In this document: piece after piece, positions 38,791-48,575 of the stretch
Position numbering within the stretch: position 1 is the first letter of the stretch
Layout of the letters: every line of letters starts with the position of its first letter
NCBI GenBank assembly: GCA_013286365.1
Contig: JABDFY010000001.1
Location: forward strand, 5,860-69,859
DNA from: Alphaproteobacteria bacterium
GTDB taxonomy: Bacteria > Pseudomonadota > Alphaproteobacteria > UBA9219
DNA length: 64,000 nucleotides
Direction: 5' to 3'
Position numbers and translations under genes: made by a program
The notes under the pieces: generated by a model
Databases searched by the model: none
Told to the model about the DNA's origin: nothing
Seen by the model: the letters and a program-made list of their open reading frames with translations, nothing else

Positions 38791-41694
38791 ATGACAGAAA
38801 CTAAAAAAGCCGACTATCGCGATACGGTGTTTTTACCGAAGACCGATTTTCCCATGCGCGGCAGCTTACCGCAAAAGGAACCAGAGCTGCTTGCGTATTG
38901 GAAGGCAATGGACCTGCATGGTAAATTACGCGCACAAGCACTTGGTCGGGAGAAATTTATTCTTCATGATGGCCCACCCTATGCCAATGGTAACATTCAT
39001 ATCGGTACGGCACTGACGAAGATCCTAAAAGACACAATCAACCGCAGCTATCAGATGTTGGGCCGTGATGCACCCTATGTTCCGGGCTGGGATTGTCATG
39101 GATTACCGATCGAGTGGAAAATTGAAGAACAATACCGAGCTCAAGGTAAGGACAAAGATAGCGTACCACTCTTACAGTTCCGAGCTGAATGCCGCGCTTT
39201 TGCCGATCACTGGATGAATGTGCAGTCAGAAGAATTTCAACGCCTTGGTGCCATAGGCGATTGGTCGCATCCCTACAGTACAATGACACATAAAGCTGAA
39301 GCGCAGATTGTGCGTGAGATACACAAATTCCTTTTGAATGGATTACTCTATAAAGGTGTTAAGCCTGTCATGTGGTCAGTTGTCGAGAAAACGGCGTTGG
39401 CTGAAGCTGAGATCGAATATCACGATCATAAATCAACGACAATTTGGGTACGATTTCCAATCAAGCACGCAAAACACGTTGAGCTCAGTTCTGCGAATAC
39501 GGCCATCGTCATTTGGACAACGACGCCGTGGACAATTCCCGGTAATCGGGCGATCGCTTATGGTGATTTGGATTATTCAATTGTATGTGTGGATGAAGTT
39601 GCCGAGGGAAGTTTGACCCACGTGGGCGATCGGCTTGTTGTCGCGACGGCGCTGCTTGAGCCGTTCTGCTTAGAGCTCAAAATTACAAAGTGGACAGTAC
39701 ATTCCAGTCTCAAGGGTGCTGATCTGGCTGACACTATTTGCCACCATCCGTTTCACGGAAAATCCGTATATGAGGGTTATTTCGATTACGATGTTCCGCT
39801 CTATCATGGTGAATTTGTGACCCTGGAGGCAGGCACAGGTTTTGTGCATATCGCGCCCGGTCACGGCGAGGATGATTTTGATCTTGGGCAGAAACATAAA
39901 ATTAGATTTGATGAAACTGTCGGCGATGACGGTAATTACCTGCCGCATGTGAGGGGCTTTGCCGGTAAGACGGTTTACAAACCTGACGGAAGTGTTGGCG
40001 ATGCAAATGGTGCCGTGATTAAAGCGCTGATTGAAGTGGGCGCCTTGCTGGCTAAAAAAAATATCACCCACAGCTATCCACATTCTTGGCGATCAAAAGC
40101 ACCCCTTATTTTTCGCACCACACCGCAATGGTTCATCGCCATGGATCAACCTGCCGAGGGACAAAAATTAACCTTGCGCGAATTGGCCTTGAAAGCGATT
40201 GGCGAAACAAAATGGTATCCCGGCACAGGTGAAAATCGCTTGCGTGGCATGATCGCTACGCGTCCTGATTGGTGTATTAGCCGCCAACGCGCTTGGGGTG
40301 TGCCGATTGCCCTCTTCGTCGATAAATCCGGCCTGCCTTTGCGTGATAAGGCAGTCCTAGAACGCATTGCCGCAGCTTTTGACAAGGAAGGCGCCGATAG
40401 TTGGTACAGCCATAAGCCACAGGAGTTTTTAGGCAGCACCTATAAAGTCGAGGATTACGAGCAAGTTTTCGACATCGTTGACGTTTGGTTCGAGTCGGGA
40501 TCGACCCATGCTTTTTGCCTCAAACCCGAAGGAGGCACGACTGAATGGCCAAATCTCAGTTGGCCGGCCGATCTTTATTGTGAGGGATCAGATCAACATC
40601 GCGGCTGGTTTCAGTCGTCATTGCTTGAAGGTTGTGGCACTTTAGGCCGCGCACCTTATAAGGCGGTTCTGACAAATGGCTTTACGCTTGATGAGCAGGG
40701 CCGAAAAATGTCGAAGTCGTTGGGCAATGTCGTTGTACCGCAAAAAGTTATCGATCAGATGGGGGCAGATATTTTACGTCTCTGGGTATTGTCGACTGAT
40801 TATACCCAGGATATGCGTGTCGGTCCTGAAATTTTGAAACAAACTGGTGATCTCTACCGTCGTCTGCGTAATACATTACGTTATCTGCTCGGAGCCTTAG
40901 ATGGCATGACATCATCAGAACATCTTGATGTTACCGAAATGCCGGAGCTTGAGCGGTGGGTTCTACATAGGTTACACGAACTTGATGCTGTCGTGCGCTC
41001 CGATATTGCTAAATTCGATTTCAATCACCTGTTGGTTGAGTTGCATAACTTTTGTGCTGTTGATTTATCGGCATTTTACTTTGACGTGCGCAAAGATAGC
41101 CTTTACTGCGACCGGGCCGACGCTAAACGCCGCCGCGCCGCGCGCACGTGTATGGAATATGTGTTTGGTCATCTGGTTTTGTGGATTGCGCCCATTCTCT
41201 GTTTCACAGCGGAAGAGGCTTGGCTTTTGCGCAATAATCGACCAGAAGACAGCATACATCTGCAGACATTTTTGAGCGTTCCTGATACATGGTTGAACGA
41301 AGCCTTGAACAAGAAATGGGTACAAATCCGTCATCTGCGCCGTGTCGTAACGGGGGCTATGGAAGTGGCGCGGAATGACAAAAAAATCGGCTCAAGTTTG
41401 CAGGCAAAGGCGCATATATACCTCAAATTGGAGCACAAAGCCTTGCTCGAAGAGGTTGATTTTGCAGAGATCTGCATAAGCTCAGCTTTAACATTAACTG
41501 TTGGCAAGCCACCAACAACGGCATTTACTATGACAGAAATTCCAGATGTCGGTGTTGTGATTGAACCGGCCTCTGGCCTAAAATGCGAACGCTGTTGGCA
41601 GGTGCTTGGTGAAGTGGGTGAGCATGCCGATTATCCAGATCTTTGCCATCGTTGCCACGACGCTGTTATGCATCAACGTAGGGCTGCAGCATGA
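38791..41694 (+). CDS. ileS: Isoleucine--tRNA ligase
   Basis: HDGPPYANGNIHIG, WCISRQR, KMSKS, C-terminal CERCW..CHRC zinc finger. Confidence 0.97.
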   Translation: MTETKKADYRDTVFLPKTDFPMRGSLPQKEPELLAYWKAMDLHGKLRAQALGREKFILHDGPPYANGNIHIGTALTKILKDTINRSYQMLGRDAPYVPGWDCHGLPIEWKIEEQYRAQGKDKDSVPLLQFRAECRAFADHWMNVQSEEFQRLGAIGDWSHPYSTMTHKAEAQIVREIHKFLLNGLLYKGVKPVMWSVVEKTALAEAEIEYHDHKSTTIWVRFPIKHAKHVELSSANTAIVIWTTTPWTIPGNRAIAYGDLDYSIVCVDEVAEGSLTHVGDRLVVATALLEPFCLELKITKWTVHSSLKGADLADTICHHPFHGKSVYEGYFDYDVPLYHGEFVTLEAGTGFVHIAPGHGEDDFDLGQKHKIRFDETVGDDGNYLPHVRGFAGKTVYKPDGSVGDANGAVIKALIEVGALLAKKNITHSYPHSWRSKAPLIFRTTPQWFIAMDQPAEGQKLTLRELALKAIGETKWYPGTGENRLRGMIATRPDWCISRQRAWGVPIALFVDKSGLPLRDKAVLERIAAAFDKEGADSWYSHKPQEFLGSTYKVEDYEQVFDIVDVWFESGSTHAFCLKPEGGTTEWPNLSWPADLYCEGSDQHRGWFQSSLLEGCGTLGRAPYKAVLTNGFTLDEQGRKMSKSLGNVVVPQKVIDQMGADILRLWVLSTDYTQDMRVGPEILKQTGDLYRRLRNTLRYLLGALDGMTSSEHLDVTEMPELERWVLHRLHELDAVVRSDIAKFDFNHLLVELHNFCAVDLSAFYFDVRKDSLYCDRADAKRRRAARTCMEYVFGHLVLWIAPILCFTAEEAWLLRNNRPEDSIHLQTFLSVPDTWLNEALNKKWVQIRHLRRVVTGAMEVARNDKKIGSSLQAKAHIYLKLEHKALLEEVDFAEICISSALTLTVGKPPTTAFTMTEIPDVGVVIEPASGLKCERCWQVLGEVGEHADYPDLCHRCHDAVMHQRRAAA

Positions 41695-42170
41695 CCTCAC
41701 ACACGCGCCATATTTCTGCGGCGACCTACCTCGCTGCTGCCATTGGGCTTTGCGATCAGTTCAGTAAATGGTGGATTATCAACCAGGTCTTGCAAGCCTC
41801 TCATTCAGTTTATGTCACGCCGTTTTTTAATATTGTTCTGGTTTGGAATAAGGGCGTCACTTTTGGACTGTTCAACCACGGCTATTCTCGGTATTTGCCT
41901 TACTTTTTTGTTGGTATTGCCAGCATAATATTATTTCTTCTTTTGCGGTGGCTTTGGCATACGACATCAATGCTCGTAGCGCTGGCGCTTGGCTTGGTTA
42001 TAGGCGGTGCCATTGGTAATGTGATTGATCGCCTGCGTTATGGTGCGGTGGCCGATTTTCTTGATTTTCATGCTTACGGCTATCACTGGCCGAGCTTCAA
42101 TCTGGCTGACAGTGCTATTGTGCTTGGTGTTGGTCTCTTGTTGCTAGATAGTCTGGTCAGAGGCCGTTAA
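41691..42170 (+). CDS. lspA: Lipoprotein signal peptidase
   Basis: DQFSK, NKGVTFG, GGAIGNVIDR, ADF, FNLADS. Confidence 0.95.
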   Translation: MTSHTRHISAATYLAAAIGLCDQFSKWWIINQVLQASHSVYVTPFFNIVLVWNKGVTFGLFNHGYSRYLPYFFVGIASIILFLLLRWLWHTTSMLVALALGLVIGGAIGNVIDRLRYGAVADFLDFHAYGYHWPSFNLADSAIVLGVGLLLLDSLVRGR

Positions 42171-42195
42171 AAGGGCTAAAAGCATTCAGCCCTTT
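42170..42195 (+). terminator. Possible hairpin/terminator after lspA
   Basis: AAAGGGCT-N10-AGCCCTTT inverted repeat right at the lspA stop; U-tract is short. Confidence 0.3.
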
Positions 42196-42235
42196 CGGGC
42201 ATAAATTTGCCAAATATTGGAACCAGGTTGAACAC

Positions 42236-42802
42236 ATGATGTCATTGCGATCATTTATTGGACTGGGAATTGTGCTCGTAGCGCTTTCGGCTTGTAGCGA
42301 CATACGCGACGATCTTGGCCTCGGCCGCGATGCGCCAGATGAATTTGCTGTTGTAGATCGCCCGCCGCTTTCTTTACCACCAGATTTTAATTTACGCCCA
42401 CCGCAGCCGGGGGCTCCTCGTCCCCAGGACGTGAACACCACGCTGCACGCCAGCGATATTTTGTTTGGTCCGAATACGAACCCTGTATCTAAAACGGAAG
42501 CCGGAGAGGCTGCTAGCGGAGCCTCGGATTCAGAAAAAGCCGTGTTGGCTTCGTCAGGTGCCGCTCACGCCGATCCTGACATTCGCCTTATCGTTGACCG
42601 TGAAGCTTCAGAAAAGATTGTCAGTTCACATGCGTTTGTCGACGAGTTGCTATGGTGGAAAGAGACCCCATCCAATTCGACGACGGTTGATGCAGCCGCA
42701 GAAGCTGCGCGCATCAAGGAAGCTAAGGATAAAGGCGAGCCGATTAACACTGGCGCAACACCCATTATTGAGCGGCAAAAAAGCGGTTGGCTTGGCCTGT
42801 GA
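42236..42802 (+). CDS. DUF3035-like lipoprotein
   Basis: Lipobox LSAC, APDEFAVV.RPPLSLPPDF.LRPP.PGAPRPQ; usual position after lspA. Confidence 0.85.
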   Translation: MMSLRSFIGLGIVLVALSACSDIRDDLGLGRDAPDEFAVVDRPPLSLPPDFNLRPPQPGAPRPQDVNTTLHASDILFGPNTNPVSKTEAGEAASGASDSEKAVLASSGAAHADPDIRLIVDREASEKIVSSHAFVDELLWWKETPSNSTTVDAAAEAARIKEAKDKGEPINTGATPIIERQKSGWLGL

Positions 42803-44187
42803 TGTTTCTCCGAATTTTCTTCATTTGTCTGCTGTTCTTTCCAACCGCTGCTTCTGCCGGTGTATTTTTCCCGCAAACCTTCACGCTTGCGAATGGTTTG
42901 CAGGTCATCGTTGTGCCCAACCATCTAGCGCCGGCTGTGACACAGATGGTATGGTACAAAGTAGGCTCGATTGACGAGGTTCCCAATAAGTCAGGCCTTG
43001 CCCACTATCTTGAGCATCTGATGTTTCGCGGCACCACAGATATTCCGCCGGGTGAATTTAGCAAGATCCTTGCAGCTCAGGGTGGTAACGATAACGCCTT
43101 TACCACGTACGACTTTACGGCCTTTCATGAAACCGTGGCCTCTGACCGCTTGGCTATGATCATGCAAATGGAAGCTGACCGCATGCAGAATTTGGATATC
43201 AAGGTTGAGACAGCCACACCAGAATTGAGCGTTGTACTTGATGAGCGCCAGGAGCGCACGGATAACAACCCACAAGGTAAATTTGAGGAACAGCTCGGCA
43301 AAACGCTTTTTCCAAATTACCCTTACGGCATTCCAGTTATCGGTTGGCGATCGGAGATTGAGAAACTAACGGCCGATGATGCTAAGGATTTCTATAAGCA
43401 CCATTATGCGCCGAACAACGTTGTCGTAATAATCTCCGGCGATGTCAGTTTGGATGAGGTTATGCGCCTCGCTGCCGCCACTTATGGTCGGCTACCCAGA
43501 GTCGATGTGACACCACGCCCAATTTTCCCAAAACTTTCTGAGCCGACAAAAAATTTAATTGAAGTTACAGATATACGTGTGCAACAGCCACATTTAGAAC
43601 TGCACTTTGTGGCACCCTCTTATGCGACACAAAAAGGACGAGAGGCCTATGCTCTCGAGGTGCTGAATGAAACGCTTGATGGTGGTGAGGTTGGGCTGCT
43701 TTACCGACAGCTTGTGGTTAAGGAAAAGCTCGCGAGCGGCGTGGATGTTGATTACGATCCTGATGCTCGCGGGGCCTCGAGTTTTTCTATCTCGCTTGAG
43801 CCAGCGCCAGACATCGATATCAAAGTCCTTGAACAAGCCTTGTGGCACGAACTGAAGGATTTGGATCGAACAGGTATTGATAAAAAAGAGATAGCCTTGG
43901 CCCAATCGCGCTTGCAAAGAAGCGCAATTTTCGCACGCGACAGTTTGCTGGCGCCTGGCTATGTTTTTGGTCAGGCACTAGCCATCGGTCATACAGTTGA
44001 TGATGTAGAAGCCTGGCCTGATCGCATTAAGGCGGTTACGCCTCAAGAAGTCGACACTGCCTTACATCACCTCATCAACAGTCATGACTATGTGATGGGC
44101 TTTCTTCTTCCTGATCCTAATGCCACACCGGAAGCACGAGCTGCTGCCAGCGAGCCCTCACACGCCCACGAATTGGGTATCCGATGA
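42802..44187 (+). CDS. M16 zinc peptidase, catalytic subunit
   Basis: Signal peptide, SGLAHYLEHLMF (HxxEH), NAFTTYD. Confidence 0.92.
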   Translation: MFLRIFFICLLFFPTAASAGVFFPQTFTLANGLQVIVVPNHLAPAVTQMVWYKVGSIDEVPNKSGLAHYLEHLMFRGTTDIPPGEFSKILAAQGGNDNAFTTYDFTAFHETVASDRLAMIMQMEADRMQNLDIKVETATPELSVVLDERQERTDNNPQGKFEEQLGKTLFPNYPYGIPVIGWRSEIEKLTADDAKDFYKHHYAPNNVVVIISGDVSLDEVMRLAAATYGRLPRVDVTPRPIFPKLSEPTKNLIEVTDIRVQQPHLELHFVAPSYATQKGREAYALEVLNETLDGGEVGLLYRQLVVKEKLASGVDVDYDPDARGASSFSISLEPAPDIDIKVLEQALWHELKDLDRTGIDKKEIALAQSRLQRSAIFARDSLLAPGYVFGQALAIGHTVDDVEAWPDRIKAVTPQEVDTALHHLINSHDYVMGFLLPDPNATPEARAAASEPSHAHELGIR

Positions 44188-45518
44188 AACAACTCCGCGC
44201 AGTCCTCTTTCTGATTATAATGCTCTGGGCGCTTCCGGCCAACGCAACCATTGAGGAGGTCGTTAGCCCCGGCGGCATTAAGGCATGGCTGGTACAAGAC
44301 AGTAAATTGCCGCTGATCAGTATGCAATTTGCGTTTCGTGGCGGCGTCGAGCAAGACCCGTCTGATAAACAAGGGCTAACTGAACTCACCGTTAATTTGC
44401 TTACCGAAGGTGCTGGCAAGTACGATTCAGCTGCTTTTCAACAAGCCTTAGCCGACAATTCAATTGCCATGCAATTCAATGTTGGGCGTGATGCTATTTT
44501 TGGCGAAATAAAGACCTTGAAGATGGATCAAAATCTGGCTTTTGATTTGCTACATCTCGCCGTAACAAATCCGCGCTTTGATGGGGACGAGATTAATCGC
44601 CAACGCGACGAGCAACTTACCTCTCTTAAAATCCAACTTGGCAGTCCCGATTGGCAGGCAAGGTATGCTTTGTTTAGCTATCTTTTTGCTGGTCACCCCT
44701 ATGGGGAGCGCATGCTCGGGACAGCAGCGAGCCTCAATAGCTTGAAGCGCGAAGATTTGCAGAACTTTGCCGCCAAGCATTTTGCGCGCGATAATTTGAT
44801 TATAGCGGTCACAGGCGATATATCTCGCGAAGAATTGGCGGCGACGCTGGATCGGGTTTTTGGTGATCTTCCCTTGCATGCCCAGCTGGCACCAATCGAC
44901 GAGGTAAAATTTCCACAACAACCTCAGACCATCCTCGTTCCGCGTGAAGGCACGCAAACGGAAATGATGTTTGCTATGCCGGGTCCAAAACGTACGGATG
45001 CTGATTGGTATGCCGCCGATATCGTTAATTACATTCTGGGTAGTGGCGGATTTTCCTCACGCCTCATGCATGAAGTGCGCGATAAGCGCGGTTTGACCTA
45101 TGGTATCAATACCATGCTCTCTCCCATGGAACATGCTGGTATAGTCGTCGGAGAGGCCGCCACCGATAATCCTAAGGTTGGGCAAGCCTGGTCAGTCGTT
45201 ATGCAAGTTTGGCAGGGGATTTATCATGATGGCGTGACAGAAGATGAAGTGAACGCTGCTAAAGACTATCTAACCGGCGCGTTGCCATTGGCCATGACAT
45301 CGACGGATAAAATTACCGCCGTTCTGGTTGATCTGCAAATGAACCATCTTGGTCAGGATTATCTAGAAAAGCGCAATTCCCTCATTCGTGGGGTAACGCC
45401 GCAAGATATCCAAGATGTTATCCATCGTTGGTTCGATCCGGAAAAATTAACCGTCGTCATGGTTGGACAACCACAAGGTATTACGCCAACAGAAACTTGG
45501 CAGCAAGTTCGGGAATAG
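44184..45518 (+). CDS. M16 peptidase, non-catalytic partner subunit
   Basis: Signal peptide, no HxxEH, SRLMHEVRDKRGLTY (R/Y pair); overlaps the upstream stop. Confidence 0.9.
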   Translation: MKQLRAVLFLIIMLWALPANATIEEVVSPGGIKAWLVQDSKLPLISMQFAFRGGVEQDPSDKQGLTELTVNLLTEGAGKYDSAAFQQALADNSIAMQFNVGRDAIFGEIKTLKMDQNLAFDLLHLAVTNPRFDGDEINRQRDEQLTSLKIQLGSPDWQARYALFSYLFAGHPYGERMLGTAASLNSLKREDLQNFAAKHFARDNLIIAVTGDISREELAATLDRVFGDLPLHAQLAPIDEVKFPQQPQTILVPREGTQTEMMFAMPGPKRTDADWYAADIVNYILGSGGFSSRLMHEVRDKRGLTYGINTMLSPMEHAGIVVGEAATDNPKVGQAWSVVMQVWQGIYHDGVTEDEVNAAKDYLTGALPLAMTSTDKITAVLVDLQMNHLGQDYLEKRNSLIRGVTPQDIQDVIHRWFDPEKLTVVMVGQPQGITPTETWQQVRE

Positions 45519-45521
45519 GCC

Positions 45522-47102
45522 ATGAGCACCAGCCTGACACAGTCTGCCATTTGGCAGGAGCTAGGCCACCATCAAGCTGAAGTTAAAGCGATACCGTTGC
45601 GTGATTTGGTCATGAACGATCCGCGACGGCTTGAAGATTTTCAACTATCGCTAGAAGGCCTGCGCTTCAATTTTGCTCTCAACAGAATTGTACCAAAGAC
45701 CATTGATCTATTGACGCAGCTGGCAGCACAGCAAAAATTAGAATTCGCTCGTGAACGCATGTTCTGTGGCGAGGTAATTAATATATCCGAAGGACGGGCA
45801 GCGCTTCATACGGCGCTTAGACAAAAAAAAGACCGACCGATCAAAGTCGATGGCCGCGATATTATTCCTGATATTCTTATAGCGCGCCTGCGTTTAACAA
45901 GGTTTGTTGATGAAGTGCGCAATGGTTATTGGAAAGGTGCGAGCGGGGAGGCGATACGTCATATTGTGAATATAGGTATTGGCGGTTCTGACCTTGGTCC
46001 GCGTCTTGCAACACGCGCGCTCTCGCCTTTCATCTCCAAGCTGAACGTGCATTTTGTTGCCAACGCCGATGCTTTCGAGCTCACAAATATTCTCGCCAAT
46101 ATCGATCCGGCACATACCCTCTTTGTCGTTGTTTCTAAGACTTTCACAACGCAAGAAACCTTACTTAATGCTCATATGGCGCGGCAATGGTTGGTGAATA
46201 AATTGGGACCGCAAGCTGTTGCCCAGCATTTTGTAGCCGTTTCTGCCAACCAAGCTGAGGTTGAAAAGTTTGGTATTGATGTTGCCAATGTGTTTCCCAT
46301 CTGGGACTGGGTCGGAGGTCGCTACAGTCTTTGGTCAGCAGTTGGTCTTAGCTTGGCTCTAGCTATAGGCATGGAAAATTTTGAGAAAATGCTTGATGGC
46401 GCTGAGGCCATGGACGAGCATTTTTGTACGGCGCCGCTTGCCAAAAATATGCCCGTCGTGATGGGCTTGCTTGGCGTATGGTATCGCAATTTTTGGGCAA
46501 CTAAAGCTCAGGTCATTTTGCCCTACGCCGAACGTTTGCGCGACTTGCCGCGTTATCTCCAGCAGCTTGAAATGGAAAGTAATGGCAAAACAACAACGCA
46601 GACAAACCAACGGGTCGATTATGCAACCGCACCGATTATCTTTGGCGAATGCGGTACTGTCGGTCAGCATAGTTTTCATCAATTGCTACATCAAGGCAGC
46701 GATGTAATTCCAGCCGACTTCATCGGCATATGTGAGGATAACTTAAACAAACCCCAACATCACCAGGCGATGTTAGCTAACATGGTGGCGCAAGCTGGAG
46801 CCTTGGCATTCGGTCGTGACAATGCAACGGATCTACATAATGCTTGCGCTGGTAACAGACCGAGCAATCTAATTCTTCTTGATCGCCTCGACCCCTTTTG
46901 TTTTGGCATGCTGCTGGCTCTCTACGAACACAAAGTCTTCGTCGAAGGCGTTGTTTGGAACATAAATTCATTCGATCAACCAGGTGTCGAACTTGGAAAG
47001 GAATTAGCGCGAGGCCTAGAGGCAAAAGAGGCGGCAAATACATCCGAAAAGGTCTTTCTGACGCGTCTTTTTAAAACGGTACAAACGCCTAATATAAATT
47101 AG
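45522..47102 (+). CDS. pgi: Glucose-6-phosphate isomerase
   Basis: IGIGGSDLG, SKTFTT, DWVGGRYSLWS, QQLEMESNGK, FDQPGVELGK. Confidence 0.96.
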   Translation: MSTSLTQSAIWQELGHHQAEVKAIPLRDLVMNDPRRLEDFQLSLEGLRFNFALNRIVPKTIDLLTQLAAQQKLEFARERMFCGEVINISEGRAALHTALRQKKDRPIKVDGRDIIPDILIARLRLTRFVDEVRNGYWKGASGEAIRHIVNIGIGGSDLGPRLATRALSPFISKLNVHFVANADAFELTNILANIDPAHTLFVVVSKTFTTQETLLNAHMARQWLVNKLGPQAVAQHFVAVSANQAEVEKFGIDVANVFPIWDWVGGRYSLWSAVGLSLALAIGMENFEKMLDGAEAMDEHFCTAPLAKNMPVVMGLLGVWYRNFWATKAQVILPYAERLRDLPRYLQQLEMESNGKTTTQTNQRVDYATAPIIFGECGTVGQHSFHQLLHQGSDVIPADFIGICEDNLNKPQHHQAMLANMVAQAGALAFGRDNATDLHNACAGNRPSNLILLDRLDPFCFGMLLALYEHKVFVEGVVWNINSFDQPGVELGKELARGLEAKEAANTSEKVFLTRLFKTVQTPNIN

Positions 47103-47250
47103 TATATATATCAATAGGTTAACCAATCGAGCCTGTAAGGGTTCCTTAAAAATTCTTTGCCAAAATGAGCAGTCCCTTTGGCATAGTGGCAGGCATAACT
47201 TGTGTATCTGACCCAACCCTCCGACCCCCAAGCCAGCCTCGTGATCCGAC

Positions 47251-48528
47251 ATGAGTGAAAACAGACTTTTGACCCGTCTCGATCAAGCCGGGCTTGACGC
47301 CATTGTGCGCAAGCACGGTATGTTTCGCGCGGCACGTATGGGAGGCGCACGCGCCATGTTGGCCGGACACGACTTGTCACAACTTTCATTGCGCGGTCAA
47401 GATTTATCACATGCCGATTTCTCGGGAGCGGTATTGTATCAAACTGATTTGCGTGACACAAAACTCGATTATTGTGCGCTCTTCAGTGCTGATTTGCGCC
47501 TGGCTAATCTGCAAAACGCCAGTATGGTGCGCGCCGATTTGCGTGGCGCTTGTTTGCGTGGCGCGATATTAATCAACGCGGATATGACGGGGGTTGATCT
47601 ACGCGAAGGTTTTTTGACTAGCGCGGATGAAGAGGGCAATTTAAAATCCGTGCATGATGATTTGACAGCTTCCGATAGCGGCGGTGCTGATCTAAGTGGT
47701 GCCAATTTAACGGATGCCCGTTTATCGGGAGCCGTGGCCATTGATACAAATTTTAGCGACGCCACAATGAAGGGATGCAAAATAGTGCGTGCCAGCTTGC
47801 AGGGTGCCAATTTCCAAGGGGCAAATTTAGAAAACGCCGATCTCAGCATGTGTGATTTACGCACGGCAAATATGAAGGGCGCCGTGTTGGTGAATGTGGC
47901 GCTCAGTCTTGCTAATTTGGAAAACGCTAATCTTGCAGGTGCGCTCACAAGCACGCCGGTTGGGCCCACTGTCAACGATCTGCCAATGCCTCTCGAGGAA
48001 ATGATGCGGCTGCATACATTATGGGTTGGGAGTAATGGCCAACAAGGCGTGAGGCTTGATGTCAGCAAATTCGATTTACGCGGTGGCGCAAATTTTGGTC
48101 ACGCTTGTTTAACGATGTTGCGGGCCGTTGGTTCCATGCTCTATGGCCTTAATTTTGCGGATGCCCAATTGCAAGCTGCTGACTTGCACGACGCCGATTT
48201 GCGCCATGCCGATTTTCTTTCTGCCGATATGCGCGGCATTAATCTTCGTGGTGCCAAGGTTAGCAACGCAAATCTACAGGGTGCCCAACTTCAGCCTTTA
48301 ATAATCGGCGGCGAGCGATCAGTGATCACTGATTTGTCAAAAACGTCTTTGCGTTACGCTAACTTATCTGGCGCTAGCATGCGGCAGGTAAATTGCCGGG
48401 GTGCCGATTTGTCCTACTCGAATTTATTGGGGACTGATTTAACCGATGCCGATCTAACCGACGCCAAGTTAGAGGGGGCACGTCTCAACCCTAGCCAACA
48501 AGCCCTGTTGGACAACAAGTCAGAGTAA
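47251..48528 (+). CDS. Pentapeptide repeat protein
   Basis: Long runs of A(D/N)LxG/x repeats in two blocks, each preceded by an H..(F/W)...GG/QG.R cap. Confidence 0.92.
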   Translation: MSENRLLTRLDQAGLDAIVRKHGMFRAARMGGARAMLAGHDLSQLSLRGQDLSHADFSGAVLYQTDLRDTKLDYCALFSADLRLANLQNASMVRADLRGACLRGAILINADMTGVDLREGFLTSADEEGNLKSVHDDLTASDSGGADLSGANLTDARLSGAVAIDTNFSDATMKGCKIVRASLQGANFQGANLENADLSMCDLRTANMKGAVLVNVALSLANLENANLAGALTSTPVGPTVNDLPMPLEEMMRLHTLWVGSNGQQGVRLDVSKFDLRGGANFGHACLTMLRAVGSMLYGLNFADAQLQAADLHDADLRHADFLSADMRGINLRGAKVSNANLQGAQLQPLIIGGERSVITDLSKTSLRYANLSGASMRQVNCRGADLSYSNLLGTDLTDADLTDAKLEGARLNPSQQALLDNKSE

Positions 48529-48575
48529 GAATCAAAAAAGTTGGTTGCAAGCCCGGCTTTGGCTATGCTCTGGAC

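Noticed and set aside
44184-45518. M16 protein without HxxEH as a pseudogene
   Set aside because: Normal non-catalytic partner of heterodimeric M16B peptidases.
47251-48528. Recurrent GCCGATTT-like DNA words as repeat array/CRISPR
   Set aside because: Explained by pentapeptide protein repeats; no constant repeat-spacer structure.
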